This document shows positions 1 through 32,100 of a stretch of DNA of 64,000 nt, piece by piece (positions within the stretch are counted from its first letter, which is position 1; the number at the start of each line of letters is the position of its first letter). The DNA comes from Amoebidium appalachense (taxonomy: Eukaryota; Protista; Ichthyosporea), in assembly GCA_963693365.1 (NCBI GenBank), contig CAVNZM010000007.1:6693962-6757961 (forward strand), in the 5' to 3' direction. A program made the translations under genes and the position numbers. Below the pieces are notes generated by a model. It made no database searches and was not told the origin of the DNA. It saw nothing but the letters and a program-made list of their open reading frames with translations.

Positions 1-2354
1 CGGGGGGGGGGGGGGGGGGGGGGGGGGGGATATGTTTTGGTTACCTGTGGTGCAGTTTTTCACGAGTGAGACAATATTTTGATCGTTTTTTTTGGGGGGG
101 GGTGTTTGAGGCTGAATCAGGCTGGATGTGGGTATCAAACTCGTCGGGCCAAACGATGGAAATAGGATTTGAAGGGGGAGGGGGGAGGGAGAGGGGGGGG
201 AGGGGGGGGGGGGGGGGGGGAGGGGGCTGTTAAAATTTCTGTTTATGGCATACCTGTCGACATAAGGTGTAAAAGGAGGGCATCTGTACCTACAGTGGGA
301 AAAAAAAATTCTATGCGCTTTACTTGGGAAAATTTACCGTATGTAAAAGAGACTCAGTAAACTCTTGAGGAAGAGAGGTTGGCATGACGGGCACCTCGAA
401 GGCTTAAAATGATTATCCGACGTGGATCCGATTCGAAGTCTCTCCCTCGATTTCCCCATTCCCATCCTCCCCCAGTGGCACCTCCCCTTCTCTCTTCCCC
501 CCCCAACCCCTCAAACCCCTTCATCTCGTGTATCTCTCCCAAATCAGGGCGCTGCAAGGTAAAACATGTGTTTAAAAGCTCATTTGACTTGTATTTACTT
601 TACTGTAACATATAGATTTCCGGTGGTGACACTTTAATAGGTGCCTTTTGTGCATCACAAGATCGTAGGCCTCTCATGGAAAGCCTTGGAGAGGAAAGTT
701 CTATGCACGCGTGCATATTCCGAAATCGACAAATAAAATGACTGGGCAGGCAGATGCTTAGAAAAAGAAGGCCCATAATTAGTTGTTGCCGTTGCCATGA
801 GCTGATGCTATCTACTCTTTTCTGTTCATCCGATTTCGAGGCCCTCGATTCTGCATTCCGACTTCCAGTCGATTTCAAGCTCATTAACCCCCCTAAGGAT
901 TCTGAGGACCTTAGAATCTTCCGTTGTACGTTTTGATCACGGCCATCTAGAAACACCAGATGGCCGTGGTCTTGATTTGCCACTTACAAGAAATAATCTG
1001 AATCAGTGCTTATTAGTGGTAGCTTGTGAAATCAACGTAAACCATCCCGTCTGTGCAGTGGCGATCATCAAGTAAGGTGCCTTTGCTTCACATGACAACC
1101 ACGCAATTCCTCCTATAGACATTGGTTGCTACTTTCCTCTGCTGTCTACTCTCATTTCATGCTAGCTTCCCGACTCAGGCTATAATAGGACACAGGCTTT
1201 GGTGAGTCCATGGCACAAGGGAACATCGACGAGTTTTTTTTCTCCCTGAGTCCTTCCAAAAGTATTTTTTTGGTTTTGTTTGGAAACGGCGCCGTTGCGA
1301 TTGGTCGAAGAAGTAAATTCCTCTGCATTTGCAAGCGAATGCCGGATTGGTCACGCTCGGCGAAAACTTAGGCTGTTGCGCATTAGCGATTGGTTAGATT
1401 GCAGAGAACGTGGTAGTGAAGATGGCGATGTTCGATTTATACAGCAAACTCCAGTTTTTTTTCATAGCTCTACATCAACACCTTTGCTGATGTTGGTATA
1501 TTTGGGGTTTTTTAACTTTATGATATTCTGATAGCATGCCCATGTTAGTGGTAGCTAATGAGTTTGAAGCCAACAAATCGAGGATATTCCGTGACTCTTG
1601 CGATCGTAAATATCTAAATGTGATTAGCTGTATATCAGGTCAAGATTACTTCCCTGTTTGCGCCAATCGCACGTCAGCACTTCAAGTCGACACTCCTATT
1701 GGCTCATGCCGGAAGTGCCGGAACGCCATCTTGAATCAAAATATACCTTCAAACTCTCCCATTTTCCAAAACACTAACGCTTAGATACAAAGAGTTATTC
1801 AGATATAAAATAAAAACAAGTGTTTAGTACTTATTGAGCTGCTAATACTATTTATTTCGAGGGATATAGTGTCAGTATAACGAAACGATGATCAAAGAAG
1901 AAGTGGGACAGTGTTGCTGATTGGCTAAATATCTTTGCTTTTTCTTACCGAGAGGACTTGCTAGAAATGGTGATGAAACGCGCCGTTGCGCCGACCTTGT
2001 TTCGCGCCCGTTGCTCACGTCAACAAAGGCAACCATAACGAAGAAAAACATCGCAGCTAAGTTAGGCAGGAGATTACCAGAATAGGTTTCAGTTTCTGGT
2101 TTACACAGCTCTGAGAACAAGCGACAGTTATTTGTGGTTAGGAACAGGGCATATAGGTCGTGAATGGAGATCGGGTAGCCGACCAGGAAAGCGTGAGCTG
2201 TGATATTAGATTGACAGCGAAGTGCAACGTAGTTGAGATGACGTTATTTTGCACCAAAGAAAAGAGTTTAGACGGTTTGGTACTGGTATAAGCCTGTAAA
2301 TTAGAGCATCAATCGTAGAAGGCAACGTGGTCTGATCTACAGCGCAAGGGCAAC

Positions 2355-9739
<7,385 letters not shown>

Positions 9740-11094
9740 CTGATTTTCTTCAACATTTTTAGCAAAAACCCCAGCCAGGACCCCCTCTGTTGCGTAATTT
9801 TCTCACCGGTATCCATGCCCGTCCGGAATATGGACATCCAGATATATACCTGCGCCCAATCAAAACACGTCTTGGCCGCGGTGAGCGCTGTGTGGGATTC
9901 GATTTGCTACGATGACGGGGAGCATGATTTGGTGGTGATTTGGGAGCCCATGATAGGTGTATGAATTTACTTGTCATGCTTCCTAAATGCAAACTTCCTT
10001 GGTGTCACCAATCGAATTGTGAGATCTTTTGTAGCTGATTGCACCCATTAGACACCTTTTCTGTTGGCGCAAATCTCTGCTTCGTGACGTTAAACCAACC
10101 AGAGATTGAGATGGAAGCCTGTAGGTGGTGGCACTCGTAACTTGATATTTGTAAATATTAATTTCATGGTATTTAGCAGGGAAACAGTAGATTTGAGAGA
10201 GATGCTTTTTCTATCAAAAATTTTCCTTTCCACCCTCTATAGCCCTTAGGTCTTTGTGTGGGCTTTTGCCGTGTTTAAATGATTCTTTACTAGCATATTT
10301 AGAAGGCTGAAAGCCTAGATATTAGTCCAATTCTAGATGTTCATGTTCTGACAGACAGTAGTTTTATTGATAGCATGACATCATCTTAGCGCCTTGCCCT
10401 TTATAAACCTCTGTGTACGTAGCAAAACAAAACATGACTGATGCACAGTTTAAATTTTGTAGCAAATGACCCATAATATGAGCTTGAAACTTCGAACAAA
10501 AGGGAACAATCCCCGTGTCAGAGACTGTGTGTTTGAGAACACGACGTCATCAATCCACATTTTAGCTTTATTTTCCACACATGCACACGCACACGTACAC
10601 GGCACACGTTCTAGTGTTTGAAAACGCGTTGATCCACAATATGCATGCATACACAATGCATGCGCATACCGTGGGAGGATGGGCTCTGCTTGTTATACAC
10701 ACCCTATATTGCTACTTTTTTTTTTTTTTTGGTTTTATAAAAACTTTTGTACGTGTGGTTTGCACTCTGCATTATGTTCTTCCGTTACGGTTATGAATGT
10801 GCAATTCAGGTTCTCTTTTGAATTAGCACATTCTACCCCTCCCCCCCCCCCCCCCCCCCCCCCCCCTCCTCTCTCTCTCCCCCGCTCCCCCTGCGGATGT
10901 CATTGCCACACTGTGTGCTGGGGCATTATAAAGTCCTATGTTTTTGGTTGTTTTATATATATAAACTTTTTTTTGGGGGGGGGGGTGCCAAAACGTCCCG
11001 CCAAACCTTCTTTTCAACCTGTATATTGACGATTTGGCGGACTCCCTTTCTGCGGCACAAATGGACGGGGGGTTGCCCTCCCAGGCGCCCCCCG

Positions 11095-11230
11095 CCGGCC
11101 CTCTTTTCCACCGACGATATTAATATTGTGCTTATGTCATCCGATCCTATCGAATTACGGCAATATATACGTGTGGTTGAACACTGGTGCCAGTGTAATG
11201 ATATGAAGGATTACGTCAAAAAGTGTGCCA
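11095..11230 (+). pseudogene. Short non-LTR retrotransposon reverse-transcriptase relic
   Basis: ALFSTDDINIVLMSSDPIELRQYIRVVEHWCQCNDMKDYVKKCA resembles the LINE RT segment LF(A)DD..WC..N.M...KC. Compare GLLFVDDIVL..QVDQWCTENLM in the LINE at 41.2 kb. Confidence 0.6.
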
Positions 11231-12631
11231 TGGATGCATGTCAGCCTAGGTGAATTCGATTGTTTAACTCCAGTGTACAGGACTGGTCTGAAGGCTTAAG
11301 AAAACAACGAGGAAATGGGGTCCAGTGGAGGTGGTGGTGGTGTTCTGTGTGTGTGTGTACACGTGCACGTATGTGTGTGGTTTTTTTGGGGGGGGGAGTG
11401 TTGGTGGTTGTGGTGGCGGTGGTCACCGTGGTGGTGGTGTGTGTGTCTGGTGTGTGTGTGTGTGTGTGTTGGGGGGGGAGGGGGGGATAAAAAAATAAAA
11501 CTGCTCGCGGGTCACTGTTTTTCGTCACTGTATTTGTAACGGGCCGCTCATATTTATATAACTACTTTAAGTACACGTGTTCATTATCATATACGATAGC
11601 CAAATATAGAAATTTTTGGCGTCAAAGTTCTTGGGGCTAAAAAAACGTTTAAAAAAGGGGAAATAATTTGGCCCCAAATTTACCTTGCCATTTTTAGCGA
11701 ATGTATTTTTTATTCATGAATTCTAGTGTTTCAGTGAGTGCACGTGCCTGCCTCAGGCTGATCATGACAATTGCAACACACCATTCCTACATGGATATCA
11801 ACCAAAAGAAAATAGTCTCTACTGTGGTGGTCTCCTAAATAAACCTTGTGCGGCATGCGCATACATGGTATTACAGTGACGCATGTGCATATTATTGTTC
11901 TGTACACCGGAGTGTGGTGCACGTGGCTGTTTCGTGCATATGTTACAATAGCAGCACGATCTCCCTAAACTCCATGTTTACACATCCCTCACCCTGGCTC
12001 TGCCTTGTCGGTGCTCCAAAACACACACACAAATCCCCCTAGACTCAGTGCCTGCACATGGTCGCATTCACGTGCAGGTCACGTGACACATGCAATGCCA
12101 TACTGCCGTCTAGAGCAACAACCACGACAGCATGTATACATACCGGCAGCACGAAATATACTTATCGGCAGCCCACTGAACTCGCCTATTTTCTTTTTTC
12201 TCATGCATGACCCCGCTTTTTTGTGAAATCACCCTTTTTGGCCTCCCGGTAGTGGATTTTGCAGGATTTGACTTCTTTGGGGTCCAAAAACCTCAAATTT
12301 TCCCCGGCAGCGGGGCCGGGGAGGGAGAATTCAAAACTTGCCCGCTCCTGATATGGTACGTACACCATTCTAGAATCTAATATGGAATTCTATATATATT
12401 ATATGCAGAGACAGAGCAAATTCCCTATGTCATGGATGCGTGTACACAGAGATAATCCACTTGTTACATGCATCCTGCTTGAATTTGACGTAACCTACGC
12501 AACCACTAGAGTATACATTTATAAGCCAAATAGTAATAAGCATCGCATAAAACAAGTAACACAGAAGTACTAAGGCACTAAGACACGTACGTGAATCGTT
12601 CTACAATCAGTTCCTAGCATCCCATCCCCCC

Positions 12632-12662
<31 letters not shown>

Positions 12663-12916
12663 AGCGTCTAAGCAAGATGCCCGCACGCCAAAATGTCAAA
12701 GTGTCCCTGTGTCTTAAGTTCCCCTTTACATCTACAGGCACATATATCCTAATTTACACACAGGTTGGATATAACAAAATTCCACATATATCCATGTGCC
12801 TTCGATCACAGGCAGCGACATCCCCGTGGCTTGGATAGCGAAGAGTTCGATGAGAAAAACCATGCCATGATGGAAAATGGCTATATTTGAGTCAAAGAAA
12901 TATTAAGTTTTTCCAA

Positions 12917-24183
<11,267 letters not shown>

Positions 24184-24510
24184 GGTCACAAGAGCAAGTG
24201 GAACCCACAGAAATTAGTTACAAAAAAAACTATAGTTTGCAAAAAAAATTCTAGTCCTGTTCTTTCCTGCCCACGTCTTGGCACGATGACGATCTAGATG
24301 ACACACGCTGGGGATAAAAATTGGCCCAGGCTTGAGGCCGGGCGAGTAGTGCTGACTCGGCGCCACGCATGATATTTCAGGTTATGCAACCTCAACCAAA
24401 AAAAAATAAAAAAATACAAATTACTGCCTACATAAAACATGATGAGCAATAGTTATCATAAAACCTTTGTAAACCATATAAACGGCAGTTATATGACCTT
24501 ACGCCGTATA

Positions 24511-25055
24511 CATTGGTTCGATTCGTGTGAAAAGCCAGATTGCCAGATTGCCAGAATGCCAGAATTTTGATGGCATTCCAGAAAGGCTAGATTTCGGTCC
24601 GGTTCTTGTAGAGCTAAAATCTAGCTTTTTGGGTCAAGAAGGCACTTGCCATTTTGCGCGGTAATAGAATATCTTGGCTTGTCTTAATGAACAATAATAG
24701 TTTTGAAATATTATTTAAATAATTTTTATTTTGTTAAATGGGCATTTATTACCAAGTTTTATGCATTTTTGAAAAGCTATACTAATAAGGCAAAACGCCT
24801 AGGATTGGATACGAACTTTATATGGTGCTGGCGTGGCCAATCGTAAGGCGCAGGGTCAATCTGGCAATCTGGAAAGGGGGGGGGGGGGGTCGCCAGATTC
24901 TGGAATCTGGAAGAGGGGTCAAATTGAATCTGGCATTAAAATTTTGTTTAAAATTTACGTTCCGATTCGATTGATCGACGAATAACCATTTTTGGCGAGG
25001 CGGTTTTTAATCTGGCAATCTGGCAATCTGGCTTTTGACACGAATCGAACCATTG
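24511..25055. mobile_element. MITE (545 bp) with ~45-bp TIRs and TA target duplication
   Basis: TA|cattggttcgattcgtgtgaaaagccagattgccagattgccaga ... tctggcaatctggcaatctggcttttgacacgaatcgaaccattg|TA (2 mismatches), with many internal (t)gccaga/tctggc(a) subterminal motifs. Superfamily not determined. Confidence 0.85.
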
Positions 25056-26421
25056 TACGGGGCTGTGCTTTCGCTATGCCGCGAGTAACCACGAGTACTC
25101 ACAGATTGAGACTATAGACCAATTTAGATTTACTAATTAAGAACTCAATGTGTTTGCTTCGCTCTGGGGAGATCCAGCCAGCCGAACTGGCGAAATGAAG
25201 GGCTGAGTGGCTTATAATGCTTAAAATCAATAATTGACTAGAAAAGGGGTTTTTCTCCATAAATGAAATACTTGATAAACAAAGCGACAAGCAATTCTTG
25301 TATAAGCAATATGAGGTGTCCGGCGCCTATTTTGTAGCGAAAACAGGCAAAAACCATAATTTCATCATAGACGATTGACCTCGAGGCAAGGTGGTAAGGG
25401 GCTACGCAAGACGGGTTTTGATGATTTTAGCAATGTAGGCGTTGTCGGAGCACCCCGATTTCTTATATCATTTTTGCGCACATTTTTATTTTCTAAGACT
25501 TTTCTTATCGACGAAAACCAACTTTCTAAGTAAAATCGGGGCCTAACTGCTTTTGAGAGGCTGTCGGTCTGAGATTTTGGCCTGTCACCGCCTGAGCGGC
25601 CCTTACCTTGGCCCTTACTTTTGGCGCAACCAATCACAAGATTCGAATTGTTCGAGTGAGCCATATAAGGTTAGGCAGAATTTGAAAAAAATCATTTCTA
25701 AACCGGTCGATATCGATCGCGATCGCGACCAATAGCACCGTGTTATCACGCAGGGCTGTAATAGGTGACCAATATTTATCCTTCGCGAATCAGTACTCAT
25801 GTATGAACATTGTTGGTGATGAGTTCCAAAAATAGAAAATCTGTTCTGCTTATTACCATCGGCTTACATGGCTAAAATACATCAACCCAACATGGTAAAT
25901 GGATAACGTATTTTGCTGAATGGTTCCGTTTTGGCCTCTCAATCGTTTCCATGTCTAGAGCGTACGAGGTCACATTATAATTCCAGACCCTGAATGGAAT
26001 GCTAAGGTTTGTAACCAATAGGGTCAGGTCCTCGCCCCACACCTCCGGGGGTGACCTCCCCCGGGGGTCCCCCCGCCCGGGGACTCGGCGGGGAGAGCAG
26101 CTGGGGCGGTCTGGTCTGGTCAGCTCGGACCAGCCCGGCCGAAAAACGTTTGGGTTAGGGCTGACGAGACCAGCCCGAAAAGTAAACGGGTTGAGCTAGG
26201 GGTGTTTGGGCTGGGACCCTCCTGTGACCCTCCTTTAAATACTAGTTACAAGCGTGTAGTACCCCCCAAAAGGACCAAAATCTCTCTGAAGCCCACTTTT
26301 TCTACATGCTATTTGCGCAAACAAACCTGCCATATATGGTAGTTCAGCCGGCCCAATTCCCAACGGCAGCCCGAAAAAGTTGCGGCTTGGGCTGACCTAG
26401 CCCGGACCGGCCCAAAATCAA

Positions 26422-26567
26422 GCGTCCTTACCAGAGGGGCAAGCCGAGACCCGAGTTTCGGGACGAGTGGCCGAGTTCTGGCCAGAGGCGAAGCTGTCCG
26501 AGGCCCAGAACTCGGGACACGAGGCCCGAAACGAGGTCGAGGGGAAGCCCCGAGGGCAAGGGGACGC
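26422..26567. repeat. Long imperfect palindrome with a GCGAAGC motif near the apex and GA/GA internal mismatches
   Basis: The arm gcgtcc..ggggc..gacc..gtttcggg..gtg..cgagttctgg pairs with ccagaactcg..cac..cccgaaac..ggtc..gcccc..ggacgc. GCGAAGC is at 26488-26494. Confidence 0.8.
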
Positions 26568-27219
26568 GGTTTGTACGTGAGAACTCGCTTAATTCACTGT
26601 ATTCTTGATGATTAAATTGATAATAATTTTTTCTTCTTTTGCTCCAAATGATTCGTTGTTATTTCTTTTCACCTTTTTCTTCTCAATATCTTTTTTTTCA
26701 ATTTATTATGATGCTTGTATATCGGAGTAAACTTACACCGATACATTTTTTCTGGAGGCACATTCTCCAATCAGAATCAACAATTTACTAAATGATTCCC
26801 ACCGATTGGGTTGTTTTAGCTGCCGCCAGGGTGTACAATTATTGAACGTTTTCGCACCCATTTTGCGGCCCGAATAGAGGCTGGCAACCACTGTATAAAA
26901 AAATGCTTAATATTCATATTTAGTTTTATTAATTACTTCTCATCGTATAATTAAGGTTACTATAATAGCAACTTTAATAAATTACACAAATTGTGTCCTT
27001 GCTATCATGACAGCTTCTGATGAAATGTGAAAGAATTTTGCATGCCTTATGATGGCATAATGATGCTAGTGAACAATTGGCCGATAGTAGAAAGCTATCA
27101 CGCGATTGGTGAATGGGCTTCATGTGGCTTGCAGCCCACAGGTATATAAAGACCCGTGGCGCATCGGTTTTCAGATTTTTTGGATTGCTTGGCTCAACTT
27201 TTTTCCCCAATAAATTTTC

Positions 27220-27310
27220 GGCTAGGTACCCCAGAACCGGGCTACTAAGGTGGAAACCCGCACGATTAGCGGGTTTCCACCCTAGTAGCCCGGTTCTGGG
27301 GTACCTAGCC
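27220..27310. repeat. Near-perfect 42-bp inverted repeat with 7-nt loop
   Basis: ggctaggtaccccagaaccgggctactaaggtggaaacccgc-acgatta-gcgggtttccaccctagtagcccggttctggggtacctagcc, with one mismatch. Confidence 0.95.
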
Positions 27311-28208
27311 TGCACAGAACTGAAGTTCAGCCTGTACCTCGGAATACTGTAACTCAACCCCCAAGCGTACAAACCTGCAGCCCCAGCTCTGCCGGTGGCG
27401 CGCGGCGGCGGCCCGGGCCGGCCCAGCTCGAGCTCCCGGGCCCCCACTACACCCAGTACACTTCTACCAGCTCCTAACTGTCATATCACGACCTAGCGTG
27501 TATACGAACGACTCTAACTAACGTTAACTGCACGCTTCTTGAAACTGTGTAGACGTATGAACTTTTCTTTGAGTTGGGTGGGAGACGAACAAACGTGCTC
27601 TCAGAAGAACTTCGAATGCCCGCCACCCTGCGAGACACTTTACAGACATAGACACGCGGCCCACTGGCCAGACAAATACCACAGTCACGGTGACATTCAG
27701 CCAATCACAACACCCCCGCCCCCACGGGCTACACACACTCCACACCATTGGCTACCGCCACCTCAGACACCCCTACAGCACTACAACACGCCGCGTACAC
27801 ACCTTTACTCACAATACATATAAGCATACACACACGCGAGCAGGCAACATGGGTCTCGCCAAGCACACAGCAAGAAGCAATACAACATATAACATGAAGA
27901 GTACGTAGAGGCATGGAGTATGCACGCGCGCACCAAACTATCAGCCGCCGCTGCAATTATTCAGATTCTCCCCATACCTCTGAACGATCTCGCCATATAC
28001 TCCACATAAACCCCGGTATCACTTTTTTTCTTTTCTTTTGACTGGATTTATTCGACGGAAAGATATGCAACTTGAAGTATGCACGGCATACTGAGAGAAG
28101 ACAATAAAAACTTCACAAGTTATCCGGTAACAAGTGCATACTGAGATACCTGAACACTGGGAATCATATAAATACTCAATGTGACAACCAACAGACTTCA
28201 ACAAAAAG

Positions 28209-28925
28209 TGTCGTATCCTAATGTATGTGTACTAGAGACGCGGCACTCTACTAAGTGTACACACACGAAAAGGAACGAACGTGTACAGAAAAACGGTAAA
28301 GTTTATTAAGACCAGGCTCCGACGGGCAAACTTAGATCCGTACGGATTGAGTCTAAGTTTCGACTGAGGCCATCAAGGCCGTGCCCTACAAGATCATCAT
28401 CACCTGGCCCCCTACGATGCCACATTCCATTAACATTCCGATCTACTTTTATCGTGCGCCTGCACGAGCTAAGTCGATCTACTCAACTAATATATTTATC
28501 CATGTCTCACCCCTCTCCCTTCCCCTAGTGGCACCGCAGAGTCTAATTCTACATTTCATACTATCTCCCTCCCCCCCTCCCTCCCCCCTTTCCTCTGTCA
28601 TCGAAATATATAAATACGTTTGGCAGCATACACTATCAGAACTTGCCAATATTTACAAAAGGGCTTCTGCCCGAACAATCACATTCCTAAGTCCTCCTAC
28701 GATCTATCCTACACACTAATTAGAATTCTATTGGTCGGCTGTCCCAGCTGACGTGGTCCTGCCCTGCGCCGGCAGAGGCAAGATGATGCACGCAGCTGCA
28801 CAGCTATCTTGAGGCCCCGGACTTGATCTTGATGATCTGTGACCCGGCCCCCCCCCCCCCCCCCCCCCCCCCCGATCTCGATCGTAGACTTAGGCTAATC
28901 TGCTGAGACGGATTAGTATATGTCA
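28209..28925 (-). repeat. 3' LTR of chromovirus
   Basis: Direct repeat of 39436-40152. Minus-strand AATAAA at 28302-28307. Confidence 0.97.
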
Positions 28926-29196
28926 ACTCCCCCCCCCGGCCCCCGGAAAAGCTGAGTCCCACCTCAGTCACATTACATCTAACACCCCCTAAAAAGACAT
29001 AGACTAATCAGTCTCCTAAAAAAAAATTAAATTAAATAAAGTTACGAAGAAAAATAATAAATTAATCTACACCATAAGCTTGATACCTACGGAGACACCT
29101 ATGATAATATATTAAATTCCTACGACTACGTTCACACTCCTCCTCGGTCTCCTCCCCCCCCCTCCCCCTCCCCCCGTGTGTCTACGTGTATTTGCA

Positions 29197-32100
29197 TCAC
29201 TCCCCCCCCCCGGCCCCCTCCCCCATCGACTTTTTCACACCACGATTAAACTGAGGAATAACTCTCTTTGGCCTAGAGGGAGCACTAGGCAACTCCCTCT
29301 GCACTAATCTAGCCTCATAAGCACGAATAGAAAACGGGCAATCCAAATGAAACTCAGGCAACCACTGATCTTCCTGATAACCTCCCTCAAAACGAATTAA
29401 ATAATAATTTACCTTACCTTCCTTACCTTCGATAACCTTTTTATCCATAATTTTAACTACTGCAGCCTCCGATACATCCACCGACCCGTCATAGTCGGGG
29501 GTGAATGCATCTAACACTCGACGGCCCTCCGGCCGTTTAACCCTAAGGGCCCTATCATAATATTCCTTTATATCATCTACATTATAAAATCTAACATCAC
29601 TCTCATTATCTAACCTCTGCACCTTATATTCCGTCGGACCTAACCTAGCCACTATTTTATACGGGCCAATGAAAAGAGGCAACCATTTCTTACCATACTT
29701 ACGAAGACCTTCACCTTCACCCTTACCTTCCTGCTCCTGCTTATATCTCTTTTTCCTAGTATGATCCCTAATTAATACTAAAGTACCCTCGGCAAATTCA
29801 CGTAACGGACGTGTGGACACGTCTGCACGTGTCTGTGCCTGCTGTGTACGGGCCAGAGCTGCATCACGTGCAGCCCGGGCCCGGGTTAGTAGCTGCTCCC
29901 GGAACTCAGTCCAGTGGGGATAAGTTAGTCGGTCAGCCCCCCCCATCGGCAAAAGTGCCGTATCTAACAAACTAATAGCCTCCTGCCCATAGACCAAATA
30001 AAACGGAGAAAAACCAGTCACAGCATGAGGGGTAGAATTATATGAATGAGCAATAAACCTAGACATATGATCCCAATCATTAGCCTCCACATCCACCATT
30101 TTGCCAAAGGACTTCTGAAACACTGCATGCACACGTTCAGAGATGGCATTTGCTTGAGGGTGATATGCAGACGTAGTGATATGAGCTACCCTTAAAATTT
30201 TACACACCTCCGACACCAACTGATTTAAAAACACACGACTCCTATCCGTTAACAAAACACGAGGACAACCAAACCTAAGACAAATTTCATCCACAAAAAT
30301 ACGAGCAAACAAAACGGCATTAGCAGTGGGGAGAGGAAAAACTTCAACCCAGCGAGTGGCCACATCGGTGACGGTAACAAGAACAGTGTTACCCTCAACC
30401 GTAGAATTAAAAGGACCGACCACATCCACTGCTACCCTTTCAAACATACGAACATTAAAATCCCTAATAAACGACGGGCGGGAACGAGAGTGGGGACTCT
30501 CATTCCTTTCCTGACAATGCATGCATGACAACACATAATCCCTCACCTCCCTACTCATACCCGGCCAAAAATACGAACGATTAACACGAAGCAACGTCCT
30601 ATTTACACCTAAATGACCAGCCATGGGATGCTCATGCACCATATGCAAAACCTCAGGCACAAGTGCCGTCGGGACCCAAACTCGGTGTCCGTCTGGCCCA
30701 GAACAATGATAAACTAAATCCTGCTCTACCTGACACATTTTTGCTAACTTAGCTACCTTAATCATCTGCCTTTTATTTTTAAATTTAATCGAATCAACCG
30801 GCCCCTTTAAATAATTCTTAACCAGACCAATCAACACATCTTCCTCCTGAGCTAAGATCAAAGCCGTAGGTGCTAAGGCAGGGGCCGAGCCATGAGACTC
30901 GGTCCCGACCTCAGACACTGACAAATACCTCCCCCCCCCTCTCCTACACTTATAAGCAAGCAACCCCGGAACCCAAGAAGACACATCCACAGACACAGCA
31001 TCTATTCCTTTCTGCTCACTCTCCCCCCCTTCCCCCCTCCCCCCCCCGTCTCTCACTATCCCCCCCTCCCCCTCCTTCTCTTCTTCAAACAAAATATAAG
31101 CAGCACGAGAGAGAGCATCACAGTCAACCATTGTTTCACCCTTGGCATAAAACAATTTATAGGAGAACTCACCGAGAGCCGCGGCCCACTTCTGCATCCT
31201 CTCGTTGACCAGACGAGTGGTGCCGGCCATGGCTAGGCAGGGCTTGTGGTCGGAGTAGACCTCAAACGTCCTGCCTGCGAGTATATACCTCCATGCCTGT
31301 GAGACTGCCCAAAAGATAGCATGGGACTCTCTCTCTGGATTGCTATACTATCTACGTTCACTTTTACTAAATGAACGACTAGCATAAGCAATCACTCTAT
31401 CCTGCCCCTCCTGCACTTGATATAACACGGCCCCCTCAGCAACCTTACTTGCATCACACCGAACTTTAAACATTCCCCCCCCGGCCGAAAAATCAGGATG
31501 AACAAGCATACTCGAAGACTGCAAAGCTAACTTAAGCTTTTCGAAAGCAGAAACAGCATCAACATTCCAATCTATTCTATTCTTCTTCTCCCCCCCCGTC
31601 TGACTAGTTAACGGCAAAGCAAGCATACTATAATCCTTAATATAACGACGAAGATAATTAGTTAAACCTAAAAATTGCCTTAGTTGAGTGACAGTCTGAG
31701 GACGGGGCCACTCAACTATGGCCCGGATTTTCTCCGGATCAGGGGCAAGACCATTACAAGACACAATATGACCTAAAAACTTAACCTCCGGCACACCAAT
31801 CACAGTCTTGCTACCGCTAATACGAAGACCAGACTCACCCAAAGCTAAAAATACTTTTTCACAATTATTAACTAACTCCTCAAATGACCTACCTTTAATT
31901 AAAACATCATCCAAATAAGGGTGGCATACATCCAAATGAGGGTGGAGAATTTTATACATTACCCGGCACAACATAGCTGGAGAGGAGAGCAAACCCATCG
32001 GCACCACCTTGTACTGGAACAGCTGGTCACCCAGTGCAAAGGCAGTCTTCTCCTCGCTGCTCTCCTCCAACCGTATCTGCCAAAAAGCTGCTTTTAAATC

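Noticed and set aside
40-1340. Possible divergent minus-strand gene (ORF 600-983; donor-like sites near 45, 250 and 985)
   Set aside because: No recognisable domain and no phase-consistent exon chain could be built. It may still be real.
1280-2030. Cluster of CCAAT/ATTGG and CACGTCA motifs upstream of the forkhead gene
   Set aside because: A promoter cannot be distinguished from a decayed transposon without TSS data.
25300-26420. Further DNA-transposon-like scraps (TAAGGGG start near 25395; CAGCCCG/GGCCC motif cluster at 26020-26415)
   Set aside because: No matching pair of termini or TSD found.
27479-28010. LTR-like segment left of the LINE tail
   Set aside because: No second terminus or TSD could be identified.
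28005-28022. Target-site duplication for the LINE (CCCGG near both ends)
   Set aside because: The match is too short and not flush with the inferred ends.
31348-31350. In-frame TAG inside RNase H as programmed readthrough
   Set aside because: It is an extra codon in a conserved motif (ERR*YS versus ERxYS), which is more simply an inactivating 3-nt insertion in this copy.
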